In this document: piece after piece, positions 14,099-25,595 of the stretch
How positions within the stretch are numbered: the first letter of the stretch is position 1
How the letters are laid out: every line of letters starts with the position of its first letter
NCBI GenBank assembly: GCA_030390025.1
Contig: CM059432.1
Span: forward strand, 77,812,001 to 77,876,000
From: Squalus acanthias
Lineage: Eukaryota
DNA: 64,000 nucleotides
Direction of reading: 5' to 3'
Translations under genes and position numbers: made by a program
The notes under the pieces: generated by a model
Told to the model about the DNA's origin: nothing
Databases searched by the model: none
What the model saw: only the letters and a program-made list of their open reading frames with translations

Positions 14099-14789
14099 TA
14101 AGTTGGAGTGACCAACTGCTCTGGTATTCAAAATTATGCATTTCTGATTGGACATTATGAGCTCTGTCTACCTGAACTACTGGGCTACACTTTGCCGAAT
14201 AATGTTACTTGAGGACTTAATAGTTTCGCTTTTACTTTTTAACCCCCAGACTAACAACAGGTCTAGGGAAAATCTAGGTCCGTTTGAATGACTTTTTTTT
14301 TTAATATAGTTTTCAGCTTTAACTGCAATTCTGACACAAATATGCTACCAGTGTAAAGCTACTCAAATTATCAGGAGTAGTAATATTGACACTATGCAAC
14401 TGAAGTTAAGACTTAAAATGATTAAGTGAAAATAGAAAATTTTGAACACTTCTCACCTATCTTACCTTTTCTCTATTCTCTCCTCTCCTTTACTTTTACT
14501 CAATTTTCACAACTCCCTATTCCAAACTTTCTCCTTTAGATACAAGTTCAAATTTCAAAACACTACTTGCTTTTTTTTTTTGAGACCCTGGGTCTAAACA
14601 TTTATTTTGGAGGTAAGATATGACGAGCTGAATTTTTGAATTGATTTTCTCACATTCAACACATACCTCTAACTGCTGGTTGAGTTCTTGACCACCGCAT
14701 TAGTAACATAATTGTGCCCAAATAACTGCAGTAGTTAAACATTACAAAAGTCAATTGCTTTGCATTTTGTTGAACCTCAAATCACTCAC

Positions 14790-14870
14790 CTATTTGAATA
14801 TTGGCTACAGTTTCTGTATGGCGATCACATAGCTGACTTATATCTAGCTTATATCGCCTTTCAATATCCC
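14790..14870 (-). CDS. PDE7A: PDE7A coding exon (81 bp), invariant purine-binding Gln (NIQIG)
   Basis: (G)[26 protein letters not shown](G); tttAG acceptor, GTGAGT donor. Confidence 0.95.
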
Positions 14871-15559
14871 CTAAATAGGAAAAAAATCAGTTTAAATATA
14901 AATTGTCTCATGATGATTGTTGATGTATTAAAATTTCAAAAGTTATCCTGTTTGGTAGTGCATTATTCTCCCAAACTGAGCATTAAGCAAAAGTATTACT
15001 ACAAGTATTTTTCTTTTAATTTACACCAGTAATACACACTTTTCAAATTATACAAAAGTATATAAACTGCCATGCAATGTACAGAAATATTATGGATTGT
15101 CTTATCCTATAATGTTAAAGTTTCATGAAAAAATAAAATACATTGAGGTGCATCTTTTTGTTTTAAAATGTTCCTTCGCGAAAAAGACATACACATATTT
15201 TGTGAAGACACTGTATGTTGGTGCTATTGATAAGGCTGTTTGCATATCGAGAATGACAGCAGTTTAGAGATCAAGCTAATGTGGCAACTGCCCCTCGGGT
15301 CCAGCTGCCTCAGAGGGATAGCTAGGGTCATGCTTAAGGAAGTTGGGATCTTACAGGGTATCACTTTGTTAAGTTTTAGGAGAGGGTTGCTATTAACTTA
15401 TGACCTATCTCAAATTGGCCCATTCTTACTTTTTTAGGAGGTGGTCTGGGTCACGCAGGCCCCCAAGACAGGGCTCCAGATTACCCGGTACCTCCAGGCA
15501 GAATCCACACATTACACTTTCTGACGAGCCTACTTATCACCTTAGTAACTTATTTTTAT

Positions 15560-16055
15560 ATTTTTCCAGCTCAGCTCCATCTTTTCTGTAGTGTGGGTTC
15601 CAAATTAACACAATACTCTCAGTGGGGCCCGAAAGGTAGGATTACTTTCTTTGATCTACTCTCCGTTCCCCTTATGCAACCCAATATTCCATTAGCTTTC
15701 TGATCGCTGCCAGACTTTGGTCTTGAGGGATCTATCTACTACAACCCCAAACTCCTTTTCCTGATTTGTTTTGGTTCTAAATTTAACATGAATCTTATAA
15801 ATCTCTAATTCCTTGTCCCCAAGTACATGGCTTTGCATTTATTCACTGCACCTCTCAACTATCCACTCACTTTACCAAGCAATCGAGATACTCCTGAAGC
15901 TTTTCCCCATCCTCTTCCTTATTAATCACTCCTGCTGTTTTGAGAACATCCACCAACTACGAGATGAAGCTACTAATGACATTTCTAATATTTATATTGC
16001 CATATTCATAAAAATGTTGAATAGCACTGGTCCCAAAACCAAGCCCTGTAGGTGC
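15560..16055 (-). mobile_element. Highly decayed CR1 RT fragment
   Basis: Degenerate match (aatagcactggtcccaaaaccaagccctg, cttgtccccaagtacat). Confidence 0.55.
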
Positions 16056-16165
16056 AGTGTGGTGTAGTTTATGGGTGGGGATGTGGGAAAAGGGTGTACT
16101 TATTTTCATTTTTAATGCTGTTTGTTAAGAAAATGCTGTAAATTGAGCCACTTTACTGAATATAC

Positions 16166-16262
16166 CTTGATGGAAGAATTCTTGTGATACTTTTTCACTC
16201 CATCTCTTACTCAGTTCCCAAGGCCGGCATGGGTTACTGATATCTGCACATTTCAGTGCTAT
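16166..16262 (-). CDS. PDE7A: PDE7A coding exon (97 bp), KCADISNP motif
   Basis: [32 protein letters not shown](G); tacAG acceptor, GTATA donor. Confidence 0.97.
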
Positions 16263-17113
16263 CTGTAATAAGAACGAAAGTTATTTACCTGAAAAGGTAG
16301 GTTTTTTTTTTTCTCTCTTCCGTTAGCCCACTATTTTAAAGATTTATTTTTTTCACAATTCCTATCACTTCGTAGTTAACAGCTATAAATAATAAAAGAT
16401 TGTGTGGAAGTTGGACGAGAAAGGGTCATTCAGTCCATCAACACTACTCTTTCCAAAGACCATTAGCAATGTAGCTTACCTATTCAATTTCCCAAGCAAA
16501 ATTCTACAAAAAAAAAATCTCCCAATTCCCCAGAAACAATAAAGCAAAACTTCAAAATATTTATCCATCCCAACAGTTCAGGCCCACTGCTGTGGCCCCA
16601 GACACAAACAGCACAGGAGCTGACGTGTCCTGGAGAACGTTTGATCATCTCAGTCCATACTGGTGATCCTCAAAAGGTGCCCAAAATGCTGATCTGCCCT
16701 CACCGTTCAATCTGCTACTGCTAACTGTCTAACTCTCTCACTCTCTCAATCTGTGGCTGCCCCCCACCCAACACACTCCTCAGCCCCTTCAGAAATAAGG
16801 AAAAAAAGGTGTTGCAGGCACACAAACAGAAGAGAGAGTTATAAACAGAAAAGAGATGTAAAGAGAAGTAAGAGAAGACACACAGGAGAAGTCGGGGAGG
16901 AAGAGGAGACACACACTGAAATGGAGATGGGGACACTGTATAGAACGAGGTAAATACAAACAAATGGAAGATGAAACTCAGGTAGCTAGAGAAGGGGAAG
17001 AGCAGGAGACCCACAAAAATGGAGAAGACATACCCACGCACAAGTGGAGGAGACATCAATGGAAACAGCCCACAACAGAGGAAGAAATGCATATATAGAA
17101 GTGGAGATGACAT

Positions 17114-17198
17114 ACAACAACAACAACAACTTGTATTTATATAGCGCCTTTAATGTAGTAAAACGTCCCAAGGCACTTCACAGGAGTGTTATAAGACA
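17114..17198 (-). mobile_element. L2 LINE 3' end
   Basis: (caa)n followed by cttgtatttatatagcgcctttaa; same tail as 19362. Confidence 0.7.
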
Positions 17199-18513
17199 TG
17201 CTCTTTGGATCTTGCTCTAAAACATTTGAGCAACACCTTTCCATACAATTTCCAAACCAACGTAGCACTTAACCTGGCTACAACCAGATGCAAGGAAAGG
17301 AATTTTGTTTGAATGAAATAGAGGAAGTCAGTAGAACTGCTGATCATTTAGACTAGGTAAAATGTTCAGGATGTACACAAACTTCAGGACATTAGAGGTT
17401 TAGACTAGGCGTGAGGAAATAATATTAAATACCGAAAGATTTATTTAGGAGGAGGCTACAGGTTTAGTCATACACAGTGGGTGGTAGGAAACCAGAGTGA
17501 TTTCCTTCATCAGCCACTGAATTTTCTAAAAACTGACAACCTTACAAATCAGTTAACAGAAAAGTTTTATGTACCATAGAATGTATAAAATTATTTTATG
17601 GCTTTAACATTCATTCCATTAGGTTTCACCCAAGGAGAACTGGTGCATCAATGGATTTTTATTAAAAAGTATAATAAATTGCATTGTTGAACCTTCCAGA
17701 ATGTTGCGGGTATGTAAAAGCAGGATCAATGAAAGAAATATTTTGTCAAAGACAAATATATCTTGTGGGTTTTAGATCGCACACATGGGCCAAGGGTGCC
17801 CTTCTACTGCATGCCAAGGAGTTTGAAACATGAACAACTGTTCAGATACAAGTCTTATATGTCACAAGTTTAATCTGCATTTACTATAAAAATGTGGGAG
17901 CTTTCCTTCAAATTTGTGGCCGGACCGAATTTAAAAAAATGTAAATTAACTAACTAACCACCTAAAAAACACCACCTAAAAAACACTAGACAGTATCTCA
18001 TTACAACAACTGCAAGATTTCCAGGTTGCCCACTAAACAGAGATTATCAGTTACCTTTGGCAGGATATGGGAACTAAACTCAAGTCCCATATAAATAAAA
18101 TCCAAGGAATTAATTGTTGTTCAGGGGCTGCAAAACTCACGATTGTTCAAAAAATATCCATGTAAAAATGATACACATGCACTATTTATTATTTACCACT
18201 CTGAAATATTCTTACAAATATGTATATTTCTACTGCAAAACAACCGAGTTGAAAGCAATATTACAATTTCACAAAAACAATATTGGAAGACTACTTCCTC
18301 ATCAAGAGTTAGCAGTAATTGAAAAATATCAAAGTCCATTGCAAAATTAATATGGATACATTTGTAGTGGTAAGCTACATAGTCCAATGCAGACACATCA
18401 TTGTAACTGTTAAACGTGAAGCAAAATAGTTTTTGAGTTAAGTCTGCACTTGGAAAATAAAATGCAACCACTTAAATATTTAACTCCAGAAAATAATTTT
18501 GAAATAAGGTTAC

Positions 18514-18658
18514 CTGCAGCATGAAATGTCGATGGCCGGCATCATCTAAAGATAGGTCGCTCATGTCCAAGCGAGTTCTGAGTTGTGATAGAAACTCATT
18601 CTGGCGGCTTATGTCTGTGGCTAGAATTAGGGAACCCAACTGGCTTTCCATTTGATAG
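18514..18658 (-). CDS. PDE7A: PDE7A coding exon (145 bp), LILATD motif
   Basis: (R)[54 protein letters not shown] boundaries, phase 2/0. Confidence 0.96.
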
Positions 18659-19361
18659 CTTTAATAAAAAAGTGTAGATACTGTTTATATGATATACGGT
18701 AATCATTTTACAAAAGCTTAAAAATTATACATCTAGTGGTGAAATAACGTTCCTGTAGAGCTGGAATTGGCGAGGTACAAATGGCCTTAACCTTTTTCAC
18801 TTCAGAGTTTGATATTGGAGGTAAACTCTAGTTCTTTCTATGGAAACATCCTCCACATACCACTGGGTCTAAATCTAGAAAGGACTGGAATCATGGCTGT
18901 GAAAGTCTCCATTTCTGTCTGTGGGCTACAGGAGTCAACACCGTGCAGTTAGATTTGCCCATTTATGCCATGCCACAAGTGGCCTTAAAATTTTGCTGGT
19001 ATTTCTTAAAAATCTCCATCAGTATTCTCCAGCTGATTTGACAAGGATTTCCCTACTGTTAAGAAGAATTTTGGTAATAAGAGACCCAAACTACATAACC
19101 GACTATGAAGGCAAAGCAGGATATCAAGGCTAGTAGTCTTTGCCCTTAAATCTAGAGCATCCACTGCACTACTGAAGCACAGAGGTCAAATGCCACAAGC
19201 AGCTATACTAACTAGATCACAGTCTCCATTTATATCAGCTCGTGATGCCAGAGCTCTGCCCAGTAAGTTTGACAGTAGGTCAATCATTGAGGAAAATAAT
19301 TTACTAGAAGTAACTCTGCCTAAATTCTAAATATCTGTCTCTAGATTGTTGACTTTTTGCA

Positions 19362-22300
19362 CAACAACTTGCATTTATATAACAACTTTAACGTAGTAAA
19401 ACGTTCCAAGGCGCTTCACAGGACCATTAACAAAATTTTACACTGAGCCATTTAAGGAGAGATTATGACAGGTGACCTAAAGCTTGGTCAAAGAGGCATG
19501 TTTTAAAGAGTCTCTTAAAGAAGGAGAGAGTTGGCGAGGTTTAGGGAGATATTCCAGAGCTTAGGGCTTAGGCAGCTGAAGGCACGGCCGCCAACGGTGA
19601 AGCACAGAAAATCAGAGATGTGAAAGAGGCCAGAATTGGAGGAGCGCAGAGATCTTGGAGGGTGTTAAAGGCTGGAGGAGAACATAAGAACAAGAAGCAG
19701 GAATAGGCCACTTGAGCCTGCTCCGCCATTCAATAAGATCATGGCTGATCTTGGGCTCAAAGCCACTTCCCTGCCCGCTCCCTATAACCCTTCACTCCCT
19801 TATCTTGTAAAAATCTGTCTATCTCCACCTTAAATGTATTTAATGACCCAGCCTCCACAGCTCTCTGGGGCAGAGAATTCCACAGATTTACGACCCTCAG
19901 AGAAGAAATTCCTCCTCATCTCAGTTCTAAAAGGGCGACCCTTTATTCTGAAACTATGCCCCCGAGTTCAAGATTTCCCCACGAGGGGAAACATCCTCTC
20001 TGCATCTACCTTGTTGAGCCCCCTCAGTATCTTATATGTTTCAATAAGATCACCTCTCATTCTTCTAAATTCCAATGAGTATAGGCCCAACCTGCTCAAC
20101 CTTTCTTCATAAGTCAACCCCCTCATCTCAGGAATCAACCATGTGAATCGTCTTTGAACTGCCTCCAATGCAAGTATATTCTTCCTTAAATAAGGAGATC
20201 AAAACTGTATGCAGTACTCAAGGTGTGGTCTCACCAATAACCTGTACAGTTGTAGCAGGACTTCCCTGCTTTTATACTCCAACCCCCTTGCAATAAAGGC
20301 CAACATTCCATTTGCCTTTTTGATTACTTGCTGCACCTGCATGCTAACTTTTTGTGTTTCATGCACAAGGACCCTCAGGTCCCTCTGAACTGTAGCATTT
20401 TGTAATTCTCTCCATTTAAATAATAATTTGCTTTTTTATTTTTCCTGCCAAAGTGGATAACCTCGCACTTTCCCACATTATACTCCATCTGCCAAATGTT
20501 TGCCCACTCACTTAGCCTGTCTCTATCTCTTTGCAGATTCTTTGAGTCCTCTGCACAACTTGCTTTCCCACCTATCTTTGTATCATCCGCAAACTTGGCT
20601 ACATTACACTCGGTCCCTTCATCCAAGTCATTAATGTAGATTGTAAATAGTTGAGGCCCCAGCACCGATCCCTGTGGCACCCCATTAGTTACCGTTTGCC
20701 AACCGGAAAATGACCCATTTATCCCGACTCTCTGCTTTCTGTTAGTTAGCCAATTCTCTATCCATGCTAATATATTACCCCCAAATCCGTGAGCTCTTAT
20801 CGTATGCAGTAACCTTTTATGTGGCACCTTATCGAATGCCTTCTGGAAATCCAAATACACCACATCCACTGGCTCACCCTTATCCACCCTGCTCGTTACA
20901 TCCTCAAGGAACTCCAGCAAATTTGTTAAACATGATTTCCTTTTTATAAAACCATGCTGACTCTGCTCGACTGCATTATGATTTTCCAAATGCCCTGCTA
21001 CTGCTTCCTTAATGAAGGACTCCAGCATTTTCCCAACGACAGATGTTAGGCTAACTGGTCTATAGTTTCCTGCTTTCTGTCTCCCTCCTTTCTTAAATAG
21101 GGGTATTACATTTGCAGTTTTCCAATCCGATGGGACCTCTCCAGAGTCCTGGGAATTTTGGTGTATTGCAACCAATGCATCCACTATCTCTGCAGCCACT
21201 TCTTTTAAGACCCTGGGATGCAGGCCATCTGGTCCAGGGTTTTGTTGTCTTTTAGTTCCATTATTTTACCAAGTACTTTTTCCTTAGTGATAGTGATTGT
21301 CATTAGTTCCCCCCTCCCTGTGGCCCCTTGATTGTCCATTGTTGGGATGTTGTTAGTGTCTTCTACTGTGAAGACAGATACAAAATATTTGTTCAGAGTC
21401 TCTGCCATTTCCCCGTTCCCCATTATTAATTCCCCATTCTCATCCTCTAAGGGACCAACGTTTACTTTAGCTACTCTCTTCCTTTTTATATACCTGTAGA
21501 AGCTCTTACTTTCTGTTTTAATATTTCTTGCCAGTTTACTCTCATAATTCATCTTCTCTCTCTATTATTTTTTTAGTCATCCTTTGCTGATTTTTAAAAT
21601 TTCCCAATCCTCTAGCCTCCCATCAATCTTGGCAACATTGTATGTCTTCGTTTTCAATTTGATACCATCCTTTACTTCCTTAGTTAGCCAAGGATAGTGC
21701 TCCCTTCTCTTAAAATCTTTCTTTCTCACTGGAATATATTTTTGTTGAGTTATAAAATATCTCCTTAAATGTCCGCCACTGCATTTCAACTGTCATACTT
21801 TTTAATTTATTTTTCCAGTCCACTTTAGCCAGTTCTGCCCTCATGCCATTGTAATTGCCTTTGTTTAAGATCAGGACACTGGTTTGAGATACAACTTTCT
21901 CACCCTCCAACTGAATTTGAAATTCAACCATGTTATGATCACACTTTCCGAGAGGATCCTTTATTATGAGATCATTTATTAATTCTGTCTCAGGTTACAG
22001 AGATAGGGAGGAGCGAGGCCATGGAGGGATTTGAAAACAAGAATGAGAATTTTTAAATCGAGACATCGCTGGACCGGGAGCTAATGACGGTCAACAAGCA
22101 CAGGGATGATGGGTGAACGGGACTTGGTGCGATACAGGCAAAGTTTTGGATGAGCTCAAGTTTACAGAGACTTCAAGGTGGGAGGCTGGCCAGGAGAGAA
22201 TTGGAATAGTCAAGTCCAGAGGTAACAACGGCATGGATGAGCGTTTCAGCAGCAGATGAGCTAAACAGCGGCGGAGACAGGCGATGTTACGGGGGTGGAA

Positions 22301-22510
22301 GTAGATGGTCTTGGTGATGGAGAGAATATGGGGTCAGAAGCTTAGCTCAGGGTCAAATAGGATGCCAAGATTTTGAATAGTCTGGTTCAGCCTCAAACAG
22401 TGGCCAAGGAGAGGAATGGAGTTAGTGGCGGAGACCAAAGACAATGGCTTCAGTCTTCCCAATATTTAACTGGAGGAAGTCTCTGCTCATCCAATAATGG
22501 ATGTCGGACA
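19362..22510 (-). mobile_element. L2 LINE 3' portion split by a CR1 insertion
   Basis: L2 sequence ...ggctggaggag (19680) resumes as aggttacagagatagggagg (21992); homologous to 57490-57955 in the opposite orientation. Confidence 0.85.
19681..21991 (-). mobile_element. 5'-truncated CR1 nested in L2
   Basis: 274-aa RT ORF 20375-21199 ([17 protein letters not shown]); ttcttatgtt tail. Confidence 0.95.
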
Positions 22511-22559
22511 TGAGCACCTTGCACTTGTTGTTGGCTAACTCCAATTACCTAGAAACTCA

Positions 22560-23390
22560 GAGCTGGATTTTGCCAATGGGGAGCTTTTGGAGGCATGACT
22601 CCCACTTGTCGGGTTTCCAGTCCCGCCTTTTATCAACTTCTGGCCAACCCATGCTATTTTCCCTTGATTGACCTTGTTAAGAATGCCCAGCAGGCCAATT
22701 AAGGGAAAGCCGGTTACAGAGAACGTCAACGTATGACGTTTCATCTGTCAAAAACTTTTGACAGATGAAAAACTTTTGACAGATGAATTGTCATCGTTTG
22801 ACAGCTCTGTGAAGCTGTCAAACACTGATATTTTCTGTAGTTTGATGAGTTCTTGAATTCAAGACCTCATCAAACCTTTCTTTTGCAGAAATTAGATGGT
22901 TGTTGCATTGGAGAATGCAACGGCCATCTGTCATCTCGGCCGCGGAGGTGCGAGACTCTCCGCATACCCAACTCTTGAAGCCTGCAGGAAGAAACAAAGT
23001 TAAGTAAACTTTTTCTAACACTTTCCACTTACCTCACATACTCACCTCTCCACACTTGCACCCATCACTTACCTTCACAGCGCACTTTTGCACCCCTCCG
23101 ACCCCTGCAGACCCACTACTCGCCTCGGTGACCCTGACGAGGTTCGGAGCCTTCGGGAAGCCCGCACTTGTGTGGGCAAAATGGGGATAATCCTCTTATC
23201 TGCCTGTTAACTACCCGTTAACAGGCAGTTAAGTGGCACTAAACCCTTCCCGCCTCCAAGGAGATGGGACCCGGCGCGGGTCGGCTACCCGCCTCCTGGC
23301 AAGATGGCACGGAGGCGGGTTGGGCACCTGCCCCCAGATTCTGCCATTTTCCCGGCAGTCCCACCTCCCCAGGGCTGCCAAGATTGTGCC
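22560..23390. mobile_element. Non-autonomous Harbinger-type element (degenerate TIRs)
   Basis: GAGCTGGATTTTGCC versus reverse-complemented right end GGGCACAATCTTGGC; CpG-rich arms, internal hairpins; no clear TSD. Confidence 0.55.
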
Positions 23391-23506
23391 CAAAGTATTT
23401 ATTGATTCTGATTAATTTTCAAATATGCAATAGATGCACTGAAAACTAATTCAGAAACACAATTCAAATTTGCAGATAATTATTTAGTAAAAGATCAGAT
23501 ACGCAC

Positions 23507-23598
23507 CGTTCCTCGACTGAAAGATGTGAAAATAATTTAGATTCCTGGAGCACACACACTGCTGACCTCCAGTGATGGTTTTCTAACACCGAGGTATT
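23507..23598 (-). CDS. PDE7A: PDE7A coding exon (92 bp), ENHH motif
   Basis: [30 protein letters not shown](R); cgcAG acceptor, GTGCGT donor. Confidence 0.96.
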
Positions 23599-24807
23599 CT
23601 GCGAGTGAAGGAAAGATAATTAGTAGTTATGAAAAAGTAGAACGTCAAATTCTTCTCATTTCCAGAAGACCAAATCGTACAAAGGGCAGTTATTGTTTTT
23701 GTTAAAAAAATTCTACTTTCCAAGCAAAATTCTGTCTTAATTTCTTGTCACTGAATGTCTTCAAAAGCATGAACAAATTATTCTGTTGAATATACCAGTT
23801 GTGTTTGACTGGCAAAACAAAGGTGCTTTGAGATTACACAATTTAAAAAGGACAACTTCAGGGTCAACATTAATAAATAAATCCATTGAAAAAAATCACA
23901 AACAGAATTATTCAATCTGTAGTATATCAGAGACAGATTTATTTCTGCAATCTTTTAAGCAATCCTGCATAACAGTACTCTTTTTATATATTGGGAATGC
24001 GACATCATAGCATCTTGACAGTCTAAACAAACTTTGTTCATGAATTTGTAATGTAGAAAGCAATCAGTACTATTTTGTAATGATGAGTGGAATAAGTTGC
24101 TCAAATAAAGACAACATTTGTTTAAATAAAGCAAAATTATCTTTCTTGTAGAATCATTTTCATTCTTTGAATGAGGATCCTCTAAGCATCACGAAAAAGC
24201 ACCAGCACCAGGTGACATTTTCTGGCAATCACGTAAGATACCATAAGAACATAAGAATTAGGAGCAGGAGTAGGTCATACGGCCCCTCGAGCTTGCTCCG
24301 CCATTCAATAAGATCATGGCTGATCATCGACCTCAACTCCACTTTCCCACCCGATCCCCATATCCCTCGATTCCCCTAGAGTCCAAAAATCTATCTATCT
24401 CAGCCTTGAATATACTCAAAGACTCAGCATCCACAGCCCTTTGGGGGAGAGAATTCTAAAGATTCATAGCCCTGCGAGAGAAGAAATTCCTAATCATCTC
24501 AGTCTTAAATGGCCGACCCCTTATCCTGAGACTATGCCCCATAGTTCTAGACACTCCAACCTGGGGAAAAGAACCTCTCCAAATCTAACCTGTCAATCTC
24601 CCTCAGAATCTTATATGTTTCAATGAGATCAACACTCATTCTTCTAAACTCTGGAAAGTATAGGCCCAATCTACTCAATCTCTCCTCATAGGACAACCCT
24701 CTCATCCCAGGAATCAATCTAGTAAACCTTTGTTGCACTGCCTCTAAGGCAAGTATACCTTCCTCAGATAAGGAGACCAAAACTGTACACAGTACTCCAG
24801 TACATCC

Positions 24808-25595
24808 CAAAATGACAGGCCCTTATACCTCCCCCCTTCCCACTCTCCAGGGCCCCAAACACCCCTTCCAGGTGAAACAGCGATTTACTTGTACTTCTTG
24901 CAATCTAGTATACTGTATTTGCTGCTCACGATGTGGTCTCCTCTACATTGGGGAGACCAAACGCAGATTGGGTGACCGCTTTGCGGAACACCTCCGTTCA
25001 GTCCGTATGGGTGACCCCGAGCTTCCGGTGGCCTGTCATTTTAATTCACCGCTCCACTCCCACTCTGACCTCACCATCCTCGGCCTCTTGCATTGTTCCA
25101 CGGAAGCTCAGCGTAAGCTTGAGGAACAGCACCTCATCTTCCAATTAGGCACTTTACAGCCTTCCGGACTCAATATCGAGTTCAACAATTTCAGATCATA
25201 ACCTCGGCCCCTACCATATATAAAAATATATATCTATATTTTATCCACACTTTTGGTTTGTGCCTTTTCCCTTTTTTTTTCTCTCTCCCACATGGCAGCT
25301 GTCTTTCATTCTGCCAGTGCATTTCACACTTCTAGAGCCATCTTTTGTCTCTTAACCTGTCCTATTACCATCTCGTCTCGCCTTGAGTATCTCTTAATGT
25401 CTCTTCTTCTCACAGACCTCCCCTTTTGTTCTTTCATTCCCTCCCCCAGCCTCCAAACTTGCTTTTTCATCTGTTTCATTTCCTGCTTTTTTCTCAGTTC
25501 TGACGAAGGGTCTTCGACCTGAAACGTTAACTTTGTTTCTCTCTCCACGGATGTTGCCTGGCCTGCTGAGTTTTTCCAGTGCTTTCTGTTGTTAC
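24808..25595 (+). mobile_element. Penelope-like element 3' fragment (GIY-YIG endonuclease + tail)
   Basis: ORF NLVYCICCSRCGLLYIGETKRRLGDRFAEH...PSGLN; flanked by TACATCC direct repeat (24801-24807, 25596-25602). Confidence 0.92.
25496..25532 (+). ncRNA. Minimal type I hammerhead ribozyme motif
   Basis: AGTT-CTGACGA-A-GGGTC(TTC)GACCT-GAAA-CG-TT-AACT: stem I, catalytic boxes, stem II and palindromic ACGT stem III. Confidence 0.75.

Noticed and set aside
16721..17113. 130-aa hydrophobic ORF / purine-rich tract
   Set aside because: GA-rich low-complexity sequence with no domain or splice support.
17957..17986. 14-bp tandem duplication (accacctaaaaaac)
   Set aside because: Ordinary slippage duplication.
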